Source of the DNA: Tetramitus jugosus
Taxonomy: Eukaryota > Protista > Heterolobosea
Length of the DNA: 64,000 nucleotides
Direction of reading: 5' to 3'
Assembly: GCA_937625935.1 (NCBI GenBank)
Contig: OW569395.1
Location: 186,001-250,000, forward strand
Below, in pieces: positions 63,267 to 64,000 of the stretch (the first letter of the stretch is position 1; the number at the start of each line of letters is the position of its first letter). The notes beneath the pieces were generated by a model. That model saw nothing but the letters and a program-made list of their open reading frames with translations, searched no databases and was not told the origin of the DNA. A program made the translations under genes and the position numbers.

Positions 63267-64000
63267 ATGCAACCCATTAGTGCCATCAGTGTAGAATTTG
63301 ATCGCATCTCTCAAAATCGACTCAATCTCAGCAACGCCATCATTGACTACAGTGTCTCTATTGAAGATTTGGCCATTTTACTGGAACGTGATTTTGATGC
63401 ATCACAGGACGGCGTAACAACTGAAGAACAATTGGCACACAAAAAAGTCATGTCTGAACTCGAACATTGTATTCGTGTTTTTTTGAGTCAGAGTCAGCGT
63501 ATAGAGACTAGAAAATCATCGTTTGATCAAATGATTAGGGCATGTGGGAGTGAGATACCTGATGATTTGATGCAAAAATGGGATCAAATCGTAGAAGGCA
63601 ATGAATTGGATGAGAGCGGAGAAATTGAGATGGGCGGAGAAAATTATGGGCGGTTAATGTCGGAGGCGGAGTTGAAGAAGAATGAGCGGTATCGAAGGTT
63701 CATGACTGAGATTTTTAGAGTGCATCATCCGAATGAGACATTGTCGTTTGATGATGATGAAGATGAAGATTTGATTATGGGTGCAGCAGAGATTCAAATT
63801 CATTGTCCTGTCGGAAAAAATATTATGGAGCAGCCAGTAAAGTCGAAAAAGTGTGGTCATGTGTTTGATAGGCCGAATATTGTCGATTTGATTCGGACGT
63901 CGGGTGGTGGAAGAAGAGTTGTGGATTGTCCAGTGGCTGGTTGCATGTCTTCGATTGCAGAAGCTGATTTAGTGGCTGATAGGCAAGTGGAAATTGATAT
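63267..64000 (+). CDS. NSE2: Nse2/Mms21 SUMO E3 ligase (SMC5/6), runs off the window end
   Basis: Not in the ORF track because there is no stop. It translates MQPISAISVEF...DDDEDEDLIM...HCPVGKNIMEQPVKSKKCGHVFDRPNI...CPVAGC (SP-RING). Confidence 0.88.
   Translation, partial: MQPISAISVEFDRISQNRLNLSNAIIDYSVSIEDLAILLERDFDASQDGVTTEEQLAHKKVMSELEHCIRVFLSQSQRIETRKSSFDQMIRACGSEIPDDLMQKWDQIVEGNELDESGEIEMGGENYGRLMSEAELKKNERYRRFMTEIFRVHHPNETLSFDDDEDEDLIMGAAEIQIHCPVGKNIMEQPVKSKKCGHVFDRPNIVDLIRTSGGGRRVVDCPVAGCMSSIAEADLVADRQVEID

Noticed and set aside
1-64000. Non-standard genetic code or prokaryotic/viral origin
   Set aside because: Conserved genes end at TAA, TAG or TGA at expected positions and have spliceosomal introns; in-frame stops are confined to decayed elements.

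Overview
Gene-dense nuclear DNA of a unicellular eukaryote: standard genetic code, few short GT-AG introns, a fused DHFR-TS, ciliary-type genes and poly-Asn/Gln/Ser tracts. It looks like a Discoba/heterolobosean-type protist, but the taxon is an inference. From 1 to about 52.8 kb there are about 20 host genes: DBP9/DDX56, a VPS9 GEF, a 2581-aa inositol 5-phosphatase carrying about 13 gamma-COP appendage platform repeats, an EF-hand protein, Swi5, a TBC-like protein, GBF1, a divergent CCT-like chaperonin, an M20 peptidase, CHIP, an MFS transporter, DHFR-TS/RPA2 head-to-head, an F-box protein and a LEA-like protein. Between tRNA-Val(AAC) and tRNA-Arg(TCT) lie two tandem minus-strand non-LTR retroelement insertions. 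One is an intact ORF1-only 1.3-kb element with a 38-nt poly(A) and a perfect 15-bp target-site duplication, starting 45 bp upstream of the tRNA-Arg gene. The other is a 5'-truncated ORF2 (CCHC) element. The two share a structured 3' tail, which suggests a tRNA-gene-targeted, possibly bipartite, retrotransposon system. From 52.9 to 63 kb is a transposon graveyard: a MITE family, a MULE-like remnant, two Harbinger/ISL2EU-type DDE transposases and a Myb/SANT plus alpha-crystallin-domain partner gene. The window ends inside Nse2/Mms21. All family calls come from motif recognition by eye, not database searches.
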